Assembly (NCBI GenBank): GCA_963628765.1
Contig: CAVGFV010000099.1
Span: 1 to 62,448, forward strand
Reading direction: 5' to 3'
Length of the DNA stretch: 62,448 nt
Origin: Succinimonas sp.
Lineage (GTDB): Bacteria; Pseudomonadota; Gammaproteobacteria; Enterobacterales; Succinivibrionaceae
This document shows positions 50,765 to 59,795 of this stretch, in pieces. The first letter of the stretch is position 1, and every line of letters starts with the position of its first letter. Both the position numbers and the translations under genes were made by a program. Below the pieces are notes generated by a model that did no database searches, had not been told where the DNA came from, and saw nothing but the letters and a program-made list of their open reading frames with translations.

Positions 50765-52117
50765 TTACCACGAAAAATATAGATCATTGAAAACTGCCAA
50801 TGCCATAAGCGAGAAGAGAAGAATCATCCCAATAATCATCAACTTATTCAATAGCGCTTCAGGAAGAGGTTTACCGGCAATGGCTTCAACTGTATAGAAG
50901 AACAGATGCCCACCATCCAATACCGGAACCGGCAGTAAATTAAGAATACCTAAGTTTACACTTATAAGAGCCATAAAGCTCAAAAAAAATGTGAATCCCA
51001 TTCTAGCAGTTAATCCTGCTCCCTTGGCAATGCCTACCGGACCAGAAATATTTTTAGGAGAGATATCACCTGAGATAAACTTTTTCATAAAGCGTAAGGT
51101 AACTACGCTCATATCCCAAGTCTTGAACCAACTCCCAGTAACTGCATCTAAGAAATCGTATTTTCTAACAAAGGAAACGCCAGGGACCTCATCAATATTA
51201 GGCATAATTCCCGCATAGCCCTTAACCTTTCCTTCAGAATCGGTTTTAGAACTTGGAACTAAAGTGAGATCAACGTTTCCAGTAGCTCTCTTTACCTTAA
51301 GCTGAATTGCTTTTTCAGGATGGGTTTTAATATGTTGACTAAAGTCATCCCAGCTTTTGTAAGGAGTATCGTCATAGCTTAAGATTTCATCGTCAGCCTG
51401 AAGTCCAGCTTTTTCAGCAGCCGATCCTGATTCTACCAAGTTAATACGAGCAGAAACGCTATAGGTCATTGGCTTTAGACCAATAGACTCAAAGAGCTTA
51501 CGATCACCAGGTTCTAGCTTCCAATCTGATAAAGAAATGGAAAGATTTCGTTCTGCCTCTACACCTTTGTTACCAGAAACCACAATAGGAACATTCGCAT
51601 CCCCGATATGGCTTATTAAAGCATAGAGAGATTCTTCAATATCGACAGTCTTACTACCATCAACCTCGAGAATAAGGTCTCCAGTTTTAAAACCGGACTT
51701 CTCGGCAATACTGTCAGGAATAATCTCAAAAACCGGCTTTAAATCAGGAATTCCCATTACAAAAACAGTGCAATAAAGAATCCAGGCTAAGACAATATTA
51801 TTAAAAGGTCCCGCAAAAACAATCAAAAATCTTTGCCATACCTTTTTGGAACAGAAAGCTTCGTGCTCACGCCCCTTTTCTAAGTTATCCTTAGATTCAC
51901 CGTACATTTTCACATAGCCACCAAAAGGCAACAATGACAAAGAATACTCCGTGCCATTCTTACCCTTGACGGTAAAAAGTCTTGGTCCAAAGCCTAAGGA
52001 AAATCTTTCGACATATACACCCATAAGGCGAGCCATAAAGAAATGCCCCGCCTCATGAATAGCAATCAGAATTCCAAGAGCTACGCAGAAATAAAAAATG
52101 TTACCTAGAATATCCAT
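50765..52117 (-). CDS. rseP: RIP metalloprotease RseP
   Basis: HEAGH, two PDZ domains, NLLPVPVLDGG. Confidence 0.98.
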   Translation of the reverse strand: MDILGNIFYFCVALGILIAIHEAGHFFMARLMGVYVERFSLGFGPRLFTVKGKNGTEYSLSLLPFGGYVKMYGESKDNLEKGREHEAFCSKKVWQRFLIVFAGPFNNIVLAWILYCTVFVMGIPDLKPVFEIIPDSIAEKSGFKTGDLILEVDGSKTVDIEESLYALISHIGDANVPIVVSGNKGVEAERNLSISLSDWKLEPGDRKLFESIGLKPMTYSVSARINLVESGSAAEKAGLQADDEILSYDDTPYKSWDDFSQHIKTHPEKAIQLKVKRATGNVDLTLVPSSKTDSEGKVKGYAGIMPNIDEVPGVSFVRKYDFLDAVTGSWFKTWDMSVVTLRFMKKFISGDISPKNISGPVGIAKGAGLTARMGFTFFLSFMALISVNLGILNLLPVPVLDGGHLFFYTVEAIAGKPLPEALLNKLMIIGMILLFSLMALAVFNDLYFSW

Positions 52118-52126
52118 GTCTTAGGT

Positions 52127-53323
52127 TTATCCTACAAGAGTATTTAAGATGCTAAAGGCTTTACTTCTAGCAGCTAAATCGATGTTTAGGATATCTTCTA
52201 AGCTTTCTGATGGTGCTAAGCCAAAGGCTTCAGATGTCTTAGCTACTACGTTGTAGATATCTGTGAACTTTAAGCGTCCATCAATAAAAGCTTGCACTGC
52301 TACTTCGTTAGCTGCATTCACAGCAGTAGTTAGAGCTTGGGAGGTTCTACAAGCATCAATAGCTAACTTAAGGCAAGGATAACGTACAAAATCAGGCTTT
52401 CTAAAGGTATGTGTGCCTAATTCTGTGAAATCTAATGGAGCGACGCCACTTTCAATACGGTCTGGCCAAGCAAGAGCTCTCGCAATAGGAGTACGCATAT
52501 CAGGAGCACCTAATTGTGCAAGGACAGCGCCATCTTTGTATTTCACCATAGAATGAATCACAGATTCTGGATGAATAACTACTTCAATGTCATCCGGATC
52601 TGCATTGAAAAGCCAACGAGCTTCAATGAATTCAAAACCTTTGTTCATCATAGTCGCACTATCGACACTGATCTTGGCACCCATACTCCAATTAGGATGG
52701 TTTATGGCTTCCTCTGGAGTAACGCTATCTAAAGTTGTTAAATCACGATCGCGGAATGGACCACCTGAACCAGTAAGAACAATCTTGGTGATTCCCGCAT
52801 CTTTGAGCTTGCAGCAGCCAATTCTGTTTTGTTCACTTTCAGGTAAGCACTGGAAAATTGCATTGTGTTCACTATCCACAGGAATAATTCTAGCTTTATA
52901 ACGTCTTGCGGCATCTACAAAGATATGACCACTCATAACAAGAGATTCTTTGTTAGCAAGATAAACGGTCTTACCCATGGTTAAAGCAGCCAATGTTGGC
53001 TTAAGACCAGCAGCTCCTACAATAGCAGACATAACGCTATCGCATTCTTCACTTGCGGCTACTGAAGAAATTGCTTCAACACCACTTAAAACTTCAGTCT
53101 TTAAATTCTCTTCTTTTACGGCTTCTTTTAGGATATCAGCAGCATTTTTATCAGCCATTACCGCTACTTCAGGATGGAACTCTCTAATAATACCGAGCAT
53201 TTTGGCGTGGTTACTAGAAGCGGTAACTGCGTATAACTTATAAAGATCACTGTTTCTTCTGATGACATCTAGAGTACTTGATCCAATAGAACCAGTAGCA
53301 CCAAGAATAGTTATATTATTCAT
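52127..53323 (-). CDS. dxr: 1-deoxy-D-xylulose 5-phosphate reductoisomerase
   Basis: LGATGSIG, LANKESL, PVDSEH, HPNWSMG.KISVDSATMMNKG. Confidence 0.99.
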   Translation of the reverse strand: MNNITILGATGSIGSSTLDVIRRNSDLYKLYAVTASSNHAKMLGIIREFHPEVAVMADKNAADILKEAVKEENLKTEVLSGVEAISSVAASEECDSVMSAIVGAAGLKPTLAALTMGKTVYLANKESLVMSGHIFVDAARRYKARIIPVDSEHNAIFQCLPESEQNRIGCCKLKDAGITKIVLTGSGGPFRDRDLTTLDSVTPEEAINHPNWSMGAKISVDSATMMNKGFEFIEARWLFNADPDDIEVVIHPESVIHSMVKYKDGAVLAQLGAPDMRTPIARALAWPDRIESGVAPLDFTELGTHTFRKPDFVRYPCLKLAIDACRTSQALTTAVNAANEVAVQAFIDGRLKFTDIYNVVAKTSEAFGLAPSESLEDILNIDLAARSKAFSILNTLVG

Positions 53324-53372
53324 AGTTAAACCTTCTATATAAATTTTCCCGGATATAAACCAGAACTATTAT

Positions 53373-54341
53373 CTATTTAAACAATAAACTCAAAATCGCA
53401 TAGCATACCAGGAAGAATGGTACTGCTGCTGATAGAGAATCCACTCTATCAATCATGCCACCGTGTCCTGGGAAAATAATTCCCGAATCCTTTATGCCAG
53501 CATATCTCTTAAACATACTCTCAGTAAGATCACCGAATATGGAAATGATAATGGTTAAGAAAGCCGTTACTATCAAAACAGGGAAATTCGCATAATGGAG
53601 GGAGTACCAACCAAAGTGTTCGAGAATGAAAAAAGCCACCATCGCGAGTACAACACCACCGACAAGACCTTCCCAGGTTTTATTAGGACTTACGTGTGGG
53701 CTCATATGATGTTTACCTAATAATCTCCCGGTGAAGTAAGCACCAGAATCGGCACACCATACCAAAATCATTACCGAGATAAGAATCTTCGCACCTACAT
53801 AAGGATTATCAATAAGATTGATATAACGTAGCCATTCAAGCGCCAAAGCAAAAGGCACCATAGTGAAATAGCCGGCTAAGCCACGGAAAACTTTGAAACT
53901 AAGAACAGCTTGGGAACGTGGATATAAGATCACTAAAATAGAGGCTAAAATCCACCAAATGAACCCACCAATAAACCAAAAGAGTTCGCCATTAGAAGCA
54001 TTTCTAAAAAGCAAAGCAGGACGAGCCCAACTTAGCATGTCAGGGACGTTGCCTACAGCTCTATAACAAATAATGCCCCCAAGAACATAAATCGCCCTTT
54101 CGCCAATTAGTATTATATCAGCAAGTGTTTTATTTTTAGGAGCTGACTCTATTGGGGAATTATTTTTAAATATGAATTGTGAAAATTCCCAAAGACCGAA
54201 GGCCACAATAACAAGCACACCGGTAGAAAATATCTTCACAAAACTTATAGGATTAAGGGGAAACCAATCAGTTGATGGCGGGAATAACCATAACCCTGCC
54301 ACTATCAAAAGGATAATACCTGTTATTATTCTCGTTAGCAT
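53373..54341 (-). CDS. cdsA: Phosphatidate cytidylyltransferase
   Basis: DSGAYF.G, SPNKTWEG, KDSG..FPGHGG..DR.DS. Confidence 0.97.
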   Translation of the reverse strand: MLTRIITGIILLIVAGLWLFPPSTDWFPLNPISFVKIFSTGVLVIVAFGLWEFSQFIFKNNSPIESAPKNKTLADIILIGERAIYVLGGIICYRAVGNVPDMLSWARPALLFRNASNGELFWFIGGFIWWILASILVILYPRSQAVLSFKVFRGLAGYFTMVPFALALEWLRYINLIDNPYVGAKILISVMILVWCADSGAYFTGRLLGKHHMSPHVSPNKTWEGLVGGVVLAMVAFFILEHFGWYSLHYANFPVLIVTAFLTIIISIFGDLTESMFKRYAGIKDSGIIFPGHGGMIDRVDSLSAAVPFFLVCYAILSLLFK

Positions 54342-54346
54342 AAACG

Positions 54347-55117
54347 TTAGTTTTTAAACTCCTGATTCTGTACCTGTTCACTAGTACAGCCAAATCTTCT
54401 CTCACGTCCCGCAAAATAATCTAATGCCATTTGAAAAACATGCTCATCAAAATCAGGCCAAAGGACATCGGAAATAAAGATCTCACTATAGGCAAGCTGC
54501 CAGAGTAAGAAATTTGAAATACGATGCTCCCCACCGGTACGTATCATAAGATCAACATCCATAGGTTCATCAAGATACGAGGTAAGTGTAGCCTCGGAAA
54601 TATCCTCTTCCTTGAGAAGATTGTTTTTCAAATCCTTAGAAATTTTTCGCACTGCTTGCACAATGTCCCAACGGCCACCGTAATTTGCAGCAACGACAAG
54701 ACTCATGCCAGTATTCTTACTAGTATCAGCTTCGGCTTTTTTAATGGCGTTTTGAAGGCGCTCTGAAAAACGAGAAACATCACCAATAATGCGTAAGGAA
54801 ATGTTATTTTCAGAAAGCTTTCTAACTTCTTTAGACAACGCCCATACAAAAAGTTCCATAAGGCCCGAAACCTCATCAACTGGACGCTTCCAATTTTCGG
54901 AAGAAAAAGCAAAAAGAGTGAGCTTTTTGATACCTTTACGAGCAGCAAATTCAACGGTTTTACGGACAGAACGCACCCCGGCTCTGTGCCCGAAAAGGCG
55001 CACATAGCCTTGCTTTTTTGCCCAACGGCCATTACCGTCCATTATGATGGCAACATGAGAGGGGAGTTGAGATTGAGTCTCAATCCCCTTTGTTCGAGCG
55101 TCAGATAGATTCGACAA
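54347..55117 (-). CDS. uppS: Undecaprenyl diphosphate synthase
   Basis: [37 protein letters not shown]. Confidence 0.98.
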   Translation of the reverse strand: MSNLSDARTKGIETQSQLPSHVAIIMDGNGRWAKKQGYVRLFGHRAGVRSVRKTVEFAARKGIKKLTLFAFSSENWKRPVDEVSGLMELFVWALSKEVRKLSENNISLRIIGDVSRFSERLQNAIKKAEADTSKNTGMSLVVAANYGGRWDIVQAVRKISKDLKNNLLKEEDISEATLTSYLDEPMDVDLMIRTGGEHRISNFLLWQLAYSEIFISDVLWPDFDEHVFQMALDYFAGRERRFGCTSEQVQNQEFKN

Positions 55118-55121
55118 AGAA

Positions 55122-55682
55122 TTAGATCTCCATCAATTCTTTTTCTTTTTCAGCCATTAACTTGTCCATTTCTTTAATGCTACTGTCAGTTAATTTCTGA
55201 ATTTCGTCCTGAGCTCTCTTATCTTCATCTTCAGAGATTTCTTTAGCCTTGGTAAGAGCCTTGATATCGTTGTTGCAGTCACGACGAATGTTACGTACTT
55301 CAACTTTACCTTGTTCGATTTCGCCACGTACAACCTTGATAAGTTCCTTACGACGATCTTCGGTAAGTGGTGGTAAAGGTACACGGATAGAGGTGCCTGC
55401 AGAAACTGGGTTTAAACCAAGATCGCTATCACGAATAGCTTTTTCAACAGCACTTGCAGCGCTTCTATCAAATACGCTAATTGATAGGGTACGTGAATCA
55501 GCAACGTTGATGGAGGCAACCTGATTAAGCGGAGTTTTACTACCGTAATAATCAACCATAATACCATCCAAAAGTGCTGGCTGAGCTCTTCCGGTTCTAA
55601 CCTTTGACAAACGATTCTTCATCGCTTCAACTGCCTTGGTCATTTTTTCTTTGGCTGTTTTTTTAATATCGTTAAGTGCCAT
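55122..55682 (-). CDS. frr: Ribosome recycling factor
   Basis: [28 protein letters not shown]. Confidence 0.99.
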   Translation of the reverse strand: MALNDIKKTAKEKMTKAVEAMKNRLSKVRTGRAQPALLDGIMVDYYGSKTPLNQVASINVADSRTLSISVFDRSAASAVEKAIRDSDLGLNPVSAGTSIRVPLPPLTEDRRKELIKVVRGEIEQGKVEVRNIRRDCNNDIKALTKAKEISEDEDKRAQDEIQKLTDSSIKEMDKLMAEKEKELMEI

Positions 55683-55717
55683 TTTTTACTCCATGCGTAA
55701 AAGCATAAATGTTGAAA

Positions 55718-56434
55718 TTATCTTACTATGGTGCCTTCATTCTCACCAGAAATTACCTTCTGAAGAGCACCTGGGCGATTCATGTTAAATACCATAATTG
55801 GCATCTTATGATCTCTTGCAAGAACAAAAGCTGACAAGTCCATAACTTTTAGTTCTTTTTCCATTACCTGTTGGTAGGTAAGTTCGTGGTAAAGAGTTGC
55901 ATCTGGGTGGGTTACAGGATCTGCGCTATAGATACCGTCAACCTTAGTCCCCTTGATTACAGCATCTGCTTGAATCTCGATTGCTCTTAAGCAAGCTGCA
56001 CTATCGGTGGTGAAAAATGGATTACCGGTACCAGCAGCCATAATTACTACACGTCCGCCAGAAAGAGCATGGATAGCATCTGTCCAGCTATAAGGAGTAC
56101 AAATACCTTGCATTGGTATTGCTGACATTAAAGTAGCAGGAATACCAGCTCTATAGAGGGCATCACGCATTGCAAGACCGTTCATGACAGTTGCAAGCAT
56201 ACCCATGTGGTCACCTACCACGCGGTTCATACCAGCTTCAGCAAGCTTAGCGCCACGGAAGATATTTCCGCCACCCAGCACAAGACCAACTTCAACGCCA
56301 GAACTTACCACAGCTCCAATTTCGCCAGCCATGCGTGCCAAAACTTCTGGATCAATACCGAAATCTTCCTTTCCTTCCAGGGCTTCGCCACTAAGTTTTA
56401 AAAGTACTCGTTTAAAATTTTTATGACTGCTCAT
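55718..56434 (-). CDS. pyrH: Uridylate kinase
   Basis: [33 protein letters not shown] 56434 is the likely start. Confidence 0.98.
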   Translation of the reverse strand: MSSHKNFKRVLLKLSGEALEGKEDFGIDPEVLARMAGEIGAVVSSGVEVGLVLGGGNIFRGAKLAEAGMNRVVGDHMGMLATVMNGLAMRDALYRAGIPATLMSAIPMQGICTPYSWTDAIHALSGGRVVIMAAGTGNPFFTTDSAACLRAIEIQADAVIKGTKVDGIYSADPVTHPDATLYHELTYQQVMEKELKVMDLSAFVLARDHKMPIMVFNMNRPGALQKVISGENEGTIVR

Positions 56435-56889
56435 GTCATCCACCGTTAATTGTTTTTCACTTAGTTCCATTTGAAACTGTGTGAACACGCACCCTATAAG
56501 AGTGCCTTTTATTAAGTCTCAAACTCTTTAATATGTTTGCTATCTAGTTTTCAAGGCAGCAAATAAATTCAAATTTTTAAGGCGTGTTTAGAGCGCCTTA
56601 ACGTCTTTTATTAAAAAAACTTCGTTACTTTTAAGTAAAAATCTAAGTCTCTCAAGGCTACATGCCCTACTACTTTTTGGTAGTAAGTTTTCCACTTAAA
56701 AGTATATAAAATCGGGTAATTATAGTATAGATCTGACCATTTCCGCAAAAATACCCGAGATTTGTATTTTCTTGATATGACAACAATAAAATATTTTTCA
56801 GAAATTGCCTTTTTCTGAAATTTTTATAAAAAGAATGTCATCCCCAATTTAGATAATTTCTAGTTACCAAAATTCCATTTTTAAGACAC

Positions 56890-56917
56890 AAAAAAACGCC
56901 ACATAGAGTGGCGTTTT
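56890..56917 (-). terminator. Terminator after tsf
   Basis: aaaacgccac/gtggcgtttt stem with an A-run. Confidence 0.8.
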
Positions 56918-56941
56918 CGTAATTAAAAGTAACTTAAAAGA

Positions 56942-57859
56942 TTACTTACCCTGTGCAGCAGCAACCTGAGCAGCTACTTCAGCAGCAAAGTCAACGGTAT
57001 TCTTTTCGATACCTTCACCAACCTTGATACGAATGAACTTCTTAACAGTTGCCTTGTTTTCCTTAAGAAGATCACCAACCTTCTTAGAACCATCTTTAAC
57101 GAAGTCTTGGTTAACAAGAGAAAGTTCTTCGAAACGCTTGTTGATACGACCTTCGATAATGTGAGCAAGAACCTGAGCTGGTTTTGCCTTCTTACCATTA
57201 GCTTCAGCTTCAGCTTCTTCCTTATTGGTGATTTCAGTCTGAATCTGACGTTCGTGTTCGATCTGTTCCTGTGGAACTTCTTCCTTGGTAACATAAAGTG
57301 GAGCAGATGCACAGATATGCATAGCAATATCGTGTGAAAGCTGTTCGTCACCGCCTTCAAGATCTGCGATTACACCGATGAGCTTGTTGCTGTGAATGTA
57401 AAGACCAAGATTTGAGCCTTCCATTGCAGCGATACGGCGAATTGACATGTTTTCGCCAATCTTTGCAATGAGGTTATTTAAAGTGGTCTGAACTGAATCA
57501 GCGCTACCTGGGAAAGCTTCGTTCTTAAGAACTTCAACATCAGTAATGTTCTTATCAAGAGCAAGCTTAGCAACAGTATTACAGAAATCGTTAAAGCCCT
57601 TATCCTTTGCTACGAAGTCAGTTTCGCAGTTTACTTCAACAACGAGAGCCTTGCCTGGAGCAGTAGCGTAAGCAATAACACCTTCAGCGGTTACACGGCC
57701 AGCCTTCTTTGCAGCCTTTGCCTGACCATTCTTACGCATGTTGTCAATAGCAACTTCAATATCACCATCAGCTGCAACGAGTGCTTTTTTGCAATCCATC
57801 ATGCCAGCGCCGGTGCGTTCACGGAGCTCTTTAACAAGAGCAGCAGTTACGTTTGCCAT
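56942..57859 (-). CDS. tsf: Elongation factor Ts
   Basis: VKELRERTGAGMMDCKKAL, EVNCETDFVA. Confidence 0.99.
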   Translation of the reverse strand: MANVTAALVKELRERTGAGMMDCKKALVAADGDIEVAIDNMRKNGQAKAAKKAGRVTAEGVIAYATAPGKALVVEVNCETDFVAKDKGFNDFCNTVAKLALDKNITDVEVLKNEAFPGSADSVQTTLNNLIAKIGENMSIRRIAAMEGSNLGLYIHSNKLIGVIADLEGGDEQLSHDIAMHICASAPLYVTKEEVPQEQIEHERQIQTEITNKEEAEAEANGKKAKPAQVLAHIIEGRINKRFEELSLVNQDFVKDGSKKVGDLLKENKATVKKFIRIKVGEGIEKNTVDFAAEVAAQVAAAQGK

Positions 57860-57889
57860 TTATTTATTCCTTTTTAAAATTATTAGAAT

Positions 57890-57920
57890 AAAAGACCGGA
57901 GACAATAGTCCCCGGCCTTT
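57890..57920 (-). terminator. rpsB-tsf intercistronic hairpin (attenuator-like)
   Basis: Minus strand ggccggggac-tatt-gtctccggtc followed by tttt. Confidence 0.6.
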
Positions 57921-57928
57921 ACTTCAAA

Positions 57929-58666
57929 TTATTCAGCCTGTTCTTCAGCTGGAGCAGCAGCTTCTTCAGAACGAGCGTTAGTCAAAGACTCACGAGCATC
58001 GTTGATAGTGCTTGATACAGCCTTGAGGTAAAGAGCGATTGCACGGATAGCATCGTCGTTACCAGGAATTACATAGTTAACACCATCTGGGCTAGAGTTG
58101 GTATCAACAACTGCAACTACAGGGATACCGAGCTTGTTAGCTTCATCGATTGCAATGTGTTCAACTTCTGCATCGATTACGAAAAGAACGTCAGGGATAG
58201 AACCAAGATCCTTGATACCACCGAAGCTCTTTTCAAGCTTAGCGATTTCACGGGTACGGAGAAGAACTTCCTTCTTGGTGAGCTTATCAAAAGTACCATC
58301 GGTAGACTGAGTTTCAAGTTCTTTGTAATGCTTGATTGACTGTCTAACAGTCTTCCAGTTGGTAAGAAGACCACCGAGCCAACGGTGATTTACATAATAC
58401 TGACCACAGCTTAGAGCAGCTTCCTTAACTTGTTCAGATGCAGCACGCTTAGTACCTACAAAAAGAACCTTACCCTTCTTGCTTACTTTGCTGCTGAGGA
58501 AGTTGAGAGCTTCGTCGAGGCTGGTAACAGTCTTATCAAGATTGATGATATGTACACCATTGCGTGAACCATAGATATACTGCTTCATCTTAGGGTTCCA
58601 GTAACGGGTCTGATGGCCGAAGTGTACGCCAGCGTCGAGCATTTCGCTCATAGTAACATTAGACAT
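57929..58666 (-). CDS. rpsB: 30S ribosomal protein S2
   Basis: [33 protein letters not shown]. Confidence 0.99.
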   Translation of the reverse strand: MSNVTMSEMLDAGVHFGHQTRYWNPKMKQYIYGSRNGVHIINLDKTVTSLDEALNFLSSKVSKKGKVLFVGTKRAASEQVKEAALSCGQYYVNHRWLGGLLTNWKTVRQSIKHYKELETQSTDGTFDKLTKKEVLLRTREIAKLEKSFGGIKDLGSIPDVLFVIDAEVEHIAIDEANKLGIPVVAVVDTNSSPDGVNYVIPGNDDAIRAIALYLKAVSSTINDARESLTNARSEEAAAPAEEQAE

Positions 58667-58682
58667 GTTGAAATTTCCTTAT

Positions 58683-58760
58683 TGGGGTTAAGCCTCCACC
58701 GCACTGTTTATGAGACCTTGTGGCACCCCACATAAACATTGTTGTAACGGTGTGTGTATT
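58683..58760 (-). ncRNA. rpsB leader (t44 / S2 autoregulatory RNA)
   Basis: Reverse complement ACACACACCG…GGGGTGCC…CGGTGGAGGCTTAACCCC matches the conserved gammaproteobacterial S2 leader. Confidence 0.85.
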
Positions 58761-58835
58761 AGAAATGAACCGCTTTAATTTGAAGAATTTTATTTTTCAA
58801 AAACAGCAGTACCCCGGTACCTCCGAGGTACACGC

Positions 58836-58864
58836 ATTATATAGATATCTCCTCATAAAAACAA
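58836..58864 (-). promoter_or_regulatory. sigma70 promoter of rpsB-tsf
   Basis: TTGTTT-17-TATAAT followed by gcgtgt. Confidence 0.7.
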
Positions 58865-58922
58865 CCCTTAAATCACACCTAAATACACAACTTATCAGCA
58901 AAAACTCGGGAGCCATTCATGG

Positions 58923-58931
58923 TGTTATAAT
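58923..58931 (+). promoter_or_regulatory. Extended -10 promoter of map-glnD
   Basis: TGtTATAAT. Confidence 0.6.
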
Positions 58932-58964
58932 GAGCCCATTAAAGTGTTTATAAGAAGTAGAAAA

Positions 58965-59774
58965 ATGAGAAAAATTTCAAATATAACCATCAAATCCCCT
59001 GAAACTATTGCCAAAATGCGTATTGCAGGCAAACTTGCAGGTGACGTATTAACCATGATCGAGCCACACGTACAGGCGGGAGTAACTACCCTTGAACTTG
59101 ACAACATCATGCTCGATTACATCGAAAATACCCAGCACGCTATTTCTGCTTGCCTAGGCTATGAAGGTTATCCTAAAGCCACCTGTATTTCTGTAAACGA
59201 AGAAGTTTGCCACGGTATTCCAGGTGCTAGAAAACTTCATAATGGCGATATTGTGAATATTGATGTAACTGTCATCAAAGATGGCGTTCACGGCGATACC
59301 AGTAAAATGTATGTTGTTGGTGGTCATACCGCTCAAAGAAACCAAGAGCTTGTGGATGTAACTAGACAATCTCTTTATGAAGCTATAAAGGCTGTTGGTC
59401 CTGGCAAGGATCTCACTATTGTGGGTAGCACCATTCAAAAGATCATTAACAGAACATCTTTCTCCATAGTAAGAGACTTCTGTGGTCACGGCATTGGCGA
59501 AGGCTTCCACGAAGAACCACAGGTACTTCATTACGCAAATGATTTCCACGTTCTTCTTGAACCCGGCATGACTTTCACAATTGAACCTATGATCAACTGT
59601 GGAACTTGGAAATGCAAAATCAACCATAAAAATGGTTGGACCGCTACCACTGCTGATAAACAACCTTCTGCACAGTTCGAACACACTCTTCTTATAACTG
59701 AAGACGGTGTAGAAATTCTCACCTACAGAGATGAGGAAGAAGGACTTATCGACAGAGTTATCCACAATTCTTAA
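58965..59774 (+). CDS. map: Methionine aminopeptidase
   Basis: CIS.NEEVCHGIP, GDIVNIDVT, CGHGIG..FHEEP, FTIEPMIN, SAQFEHT. Confidence 0.98.
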   Translation: MRKISNITIKSPETIAKMRIAGKLAGDVLTMIEPHVQAGVTTLELDNIMLDYIENTQHAISACLGYEGYPKATCISVNEEVCHGIPGARKLHNGDIVNIDVTVIKDGVHGDTSKMYVVGGHTAQRNQELVDVTRQSLYEAIKAVGPGKDLTIVGSTIQKIINRTSFSIVRDFCGHGIGEGFHEEPQVLHYANDFHVLLEPGMTFTIEPMINCGTWKCKINHKNGWTATTADKQPSAQFEHTLLITEDGVEILTYRDEEEGLIDRVIHNS

Positions 59775-59795
59775 ATAAAAAAAGGAACACACTCT

